Shown: positions 1-345 of the stretch, piece by piece
How the letters are laid out: every line of letters begins with the position of its first letter
How positions within the stretch are numbered: the first letter of the stretch is position 1
From: Escherichia coli
Lineage (GTDB): Bacteria > Pseudomonadota > Gammaproteobacteria > Enterobacterales > Enterobacteriaceae
Length of the DNA stretch: 345 bases
Strand: one strand, 5' to 3'
NCBI RefSeq assembly: GCF_003334305.1
Contig: NZ_QOWS01000083.1
Notes under the pieces: generated by a model
The model's input: the letters and a program-made list of their open reading frames with translations, nothing else
Database searches by the model: none
What the model was told of the DNA's origin: nothing
Made by a program: the position numbers and the translations under genes

Positions 1-183
1 TCACGCCTGAAGGGAAAGCTGCACGTTATCAGCAAGCGTTACACTCAGCGCATTGAGCGACATAATCTGAATCTGAGACAACATCTGGCAAGGCTGGGAC
101 GGAAGTTACTGTCGTTCTCAAAATCGGTGGAGTTGCATGACAAGGTCATCGGGCATTATCTGAACATAAAACACTATCAGTAA
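1..183 (+). CDS. insB: IS1 transposase InsB (InsAB' C-terminal part), 3' partial: last 60 codons plus stop
   Basis: Frame 1 is open from position 1 to TAA at 181-183. Manual translation: [60 protein letters not shown]. The ...[23 protein letters not shown] tail matches the IS1 InsB C-terminus as I recall it. The 5' end lies outside the window. Confidence 0.88.
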   Translation, partial: SRLKGKLHVISKRYTQRIERHNLNLRQHLARLGRKLLSFSKSVELHDKVIGHYLNIKHYQ

Positions 184-198
184 GTTGGAGTCATTACC
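176..198 (+). repeat. IS1 terminal inverted repeat (about 23 bp), overlapping the insB stop codon
   Basis: ATCAGTAAGTTGGAGTCATTACC is the reverse complement of the IS1 end consensus GGTAATGACTCCAACTTA(T/C)TGAT. In IS1 the insB stop lies inside the terminal repeat (established knowledge). Exact repeat length is from memory. Confidence 0.75.
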
Positions 199-268
199 TC
201 CTCCCGAACTCAAAGCTATCATACAGATAATTACTGGTTAACCCTATATAGGGCATTTTAAAGTGTTG
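199..268. other. 70-bp AT-rich non-coding spacer between the IS1 end and the IS3 end; origin unidentified
   Basis: No ORF of meaningful length on either strand. Sequence TCCTCCCGAACTCAAAGCTATCATACAGATAATTACTGGTTAACCCTATATAGGGCATTTTAAAGTGTTG matches neither IS terminus as I recall them. Confidence 0.6.
236..253. repeat. Two overlapping perfect palindromes: GGTTAACC (236-243) and CCCTATATAGGG (242-253)
   Basis: Seen directly: GGTTAACC and CCCTATATAGGG each equal their own reverse complement. Function unknown; could be a protein-binding dyad or coincidental. Confidence 0.5.
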
Positions 269-307
269 TGATCTTACCCAGCAATAGTGGACACGCGGCT
301 AAGTGAG
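269..307 (+). repeat. IS3 left terminal inverted repeat (IRL), approximate extent
   Basis: IS3 has imperfect terminal inverted repeats of roughly 39-40 bp (established knowledge). The inner boundary cannot be confirmed without the right end, so the end coordinate is approximate. Confidence 0.55.
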
Positions 308-320
308 TAAACTCTCAGTC

Positions 321-328
321 AGAGGTGA
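321..328 (+). promoter_or_regulatory. Shine-Dalgarno / ribosome-binding site for IS3 orfA
   Basis: AGAGGTGA contains GAGG at 322-325, 8 nt upstream of the ATG at 334, which is suitable spacing. Confidence 0.55.
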
Positions 329-333
329 CTCAC

Positions 334-345
334 ATGACAAAAACA
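334..345 (+). CDS. insE: IS3 OrfA (transposase N-terminal DNA-binding subunit), 5' partial: first 4 codons only, M-T-K-T
   Basis: ATG ACA AAA ACA directly follows the SD. IS3 OrfA begins MTKT... as I recall, and the K-12 gene name for IS3 orfA is insE. Only 12 nt are inside the window, so the call rests on the IS3 context rather than on the ORF itself. Confidence 0.75.

Larger units (their letters stand above)
1..198 (+). mobile_element. 3' portion of an IS1-family insertion sequence (right end), truncated by the window at its 5' side
   Basis: Seen in sequence: an open frame encoding the InsB C-terminus, followed by the characteristic IS1 terminus ...ATCAGTAAGTTGGAGTCATTACC ending at 198 (reverse complement GGTAATGACTCCAACTTACTGAT, the IS1 terminal inverted repeat as I recall it). 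Matched from memory, not by search. Confidence 0.88.
269..345 (+). mobile_element. Left end of IS3 (IS3 family), truncated by the window at its 3' side
   Basis: TGATCTTACCCAGCAATAGTGGACACGCGGCTAAGTGAGTAAACTCTCAGTCAGAGGTGACTCACATGACAAAAACA matches the IS3 left terminus and orfA start as I recall them, including the 5'-TG terminal dinucleotide typical of the IS3 family. Not verified by search. Confidence 0.85.

Noticed and set aside
137-163. Internal ATG (137-139, ATGACAAGG...) resembling the IS3 orfA start ATGACAAAAACA
   Set aside because: It lies out of frame inside insB and runs only 8 codons before TGA at 161-163; no SD upstream. Coincidental similarity.
236-241. GTTAAC (HpaI site) inside GGTTAACC as a meaningful feature
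   Set aside because: A 6-bp restriction site is expected by chance and carries no biological implication; noted only as part of the palindrome.
243-253. TATATA / TATAGGG as a sigma70 -10 box in the spacer
   Set aside because: TATATA is an imperfect -10 and sits inside a palindrome. No acceptable -35 (TTGACA-like) at 16-18 bp spacing; the best candidate upstream hexamers match about 3/6. Kept only as a weak hypothesis in findings, not annotated as a promoter.
199-268. Small protein or novel gene encoded in the spacer
   Set aside because: 70 bp with no start codon plus RBS giving an ORF of meaningful length on either strand; cannot encode a functional system.
1-345. CRISPR repeats, tRNA or other structured RNA gene
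   Set aside because: No repeated 25-40 bp units with spacers and no cloverleaf-compatible stem pattern. The only dyad symmetry is the short palindromes at 236-253 and the IS termini.

Overview
This 345-bp window is a junction between two well-known enterobacterial insertion sequences in the same orientation, separated by a 70-bp non-coding spacer. Positions 1-198 are the 3' end of an IS1-family element: the last 60 codons of the InsB reading frame (stop TAA at 181-183) overlapping the terminal inverted repeat that ends ...GGAGTCATTACC at 198. Positions 269-345 are the left end of IS3, starting TGATCTTACCCAGCAATAGTGGACACGCGG, with a GAGG ribosome-binding site and the orfA start (ATG 334, M-T-K-T...) running off the window. 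The spacer (199-268) is AT-rich, has no ORF, and carries two overlapping perfect palindromes. I do not see evidence for a novel biological system here; the interest is in the IS-IS architecture, the identity of the trapped 70 bp, and an IS1 copy that looks diverged from the canonical sequence. All identifications are from memory of the IS1 and IS3 sequences plus manual translation; no searches were run.
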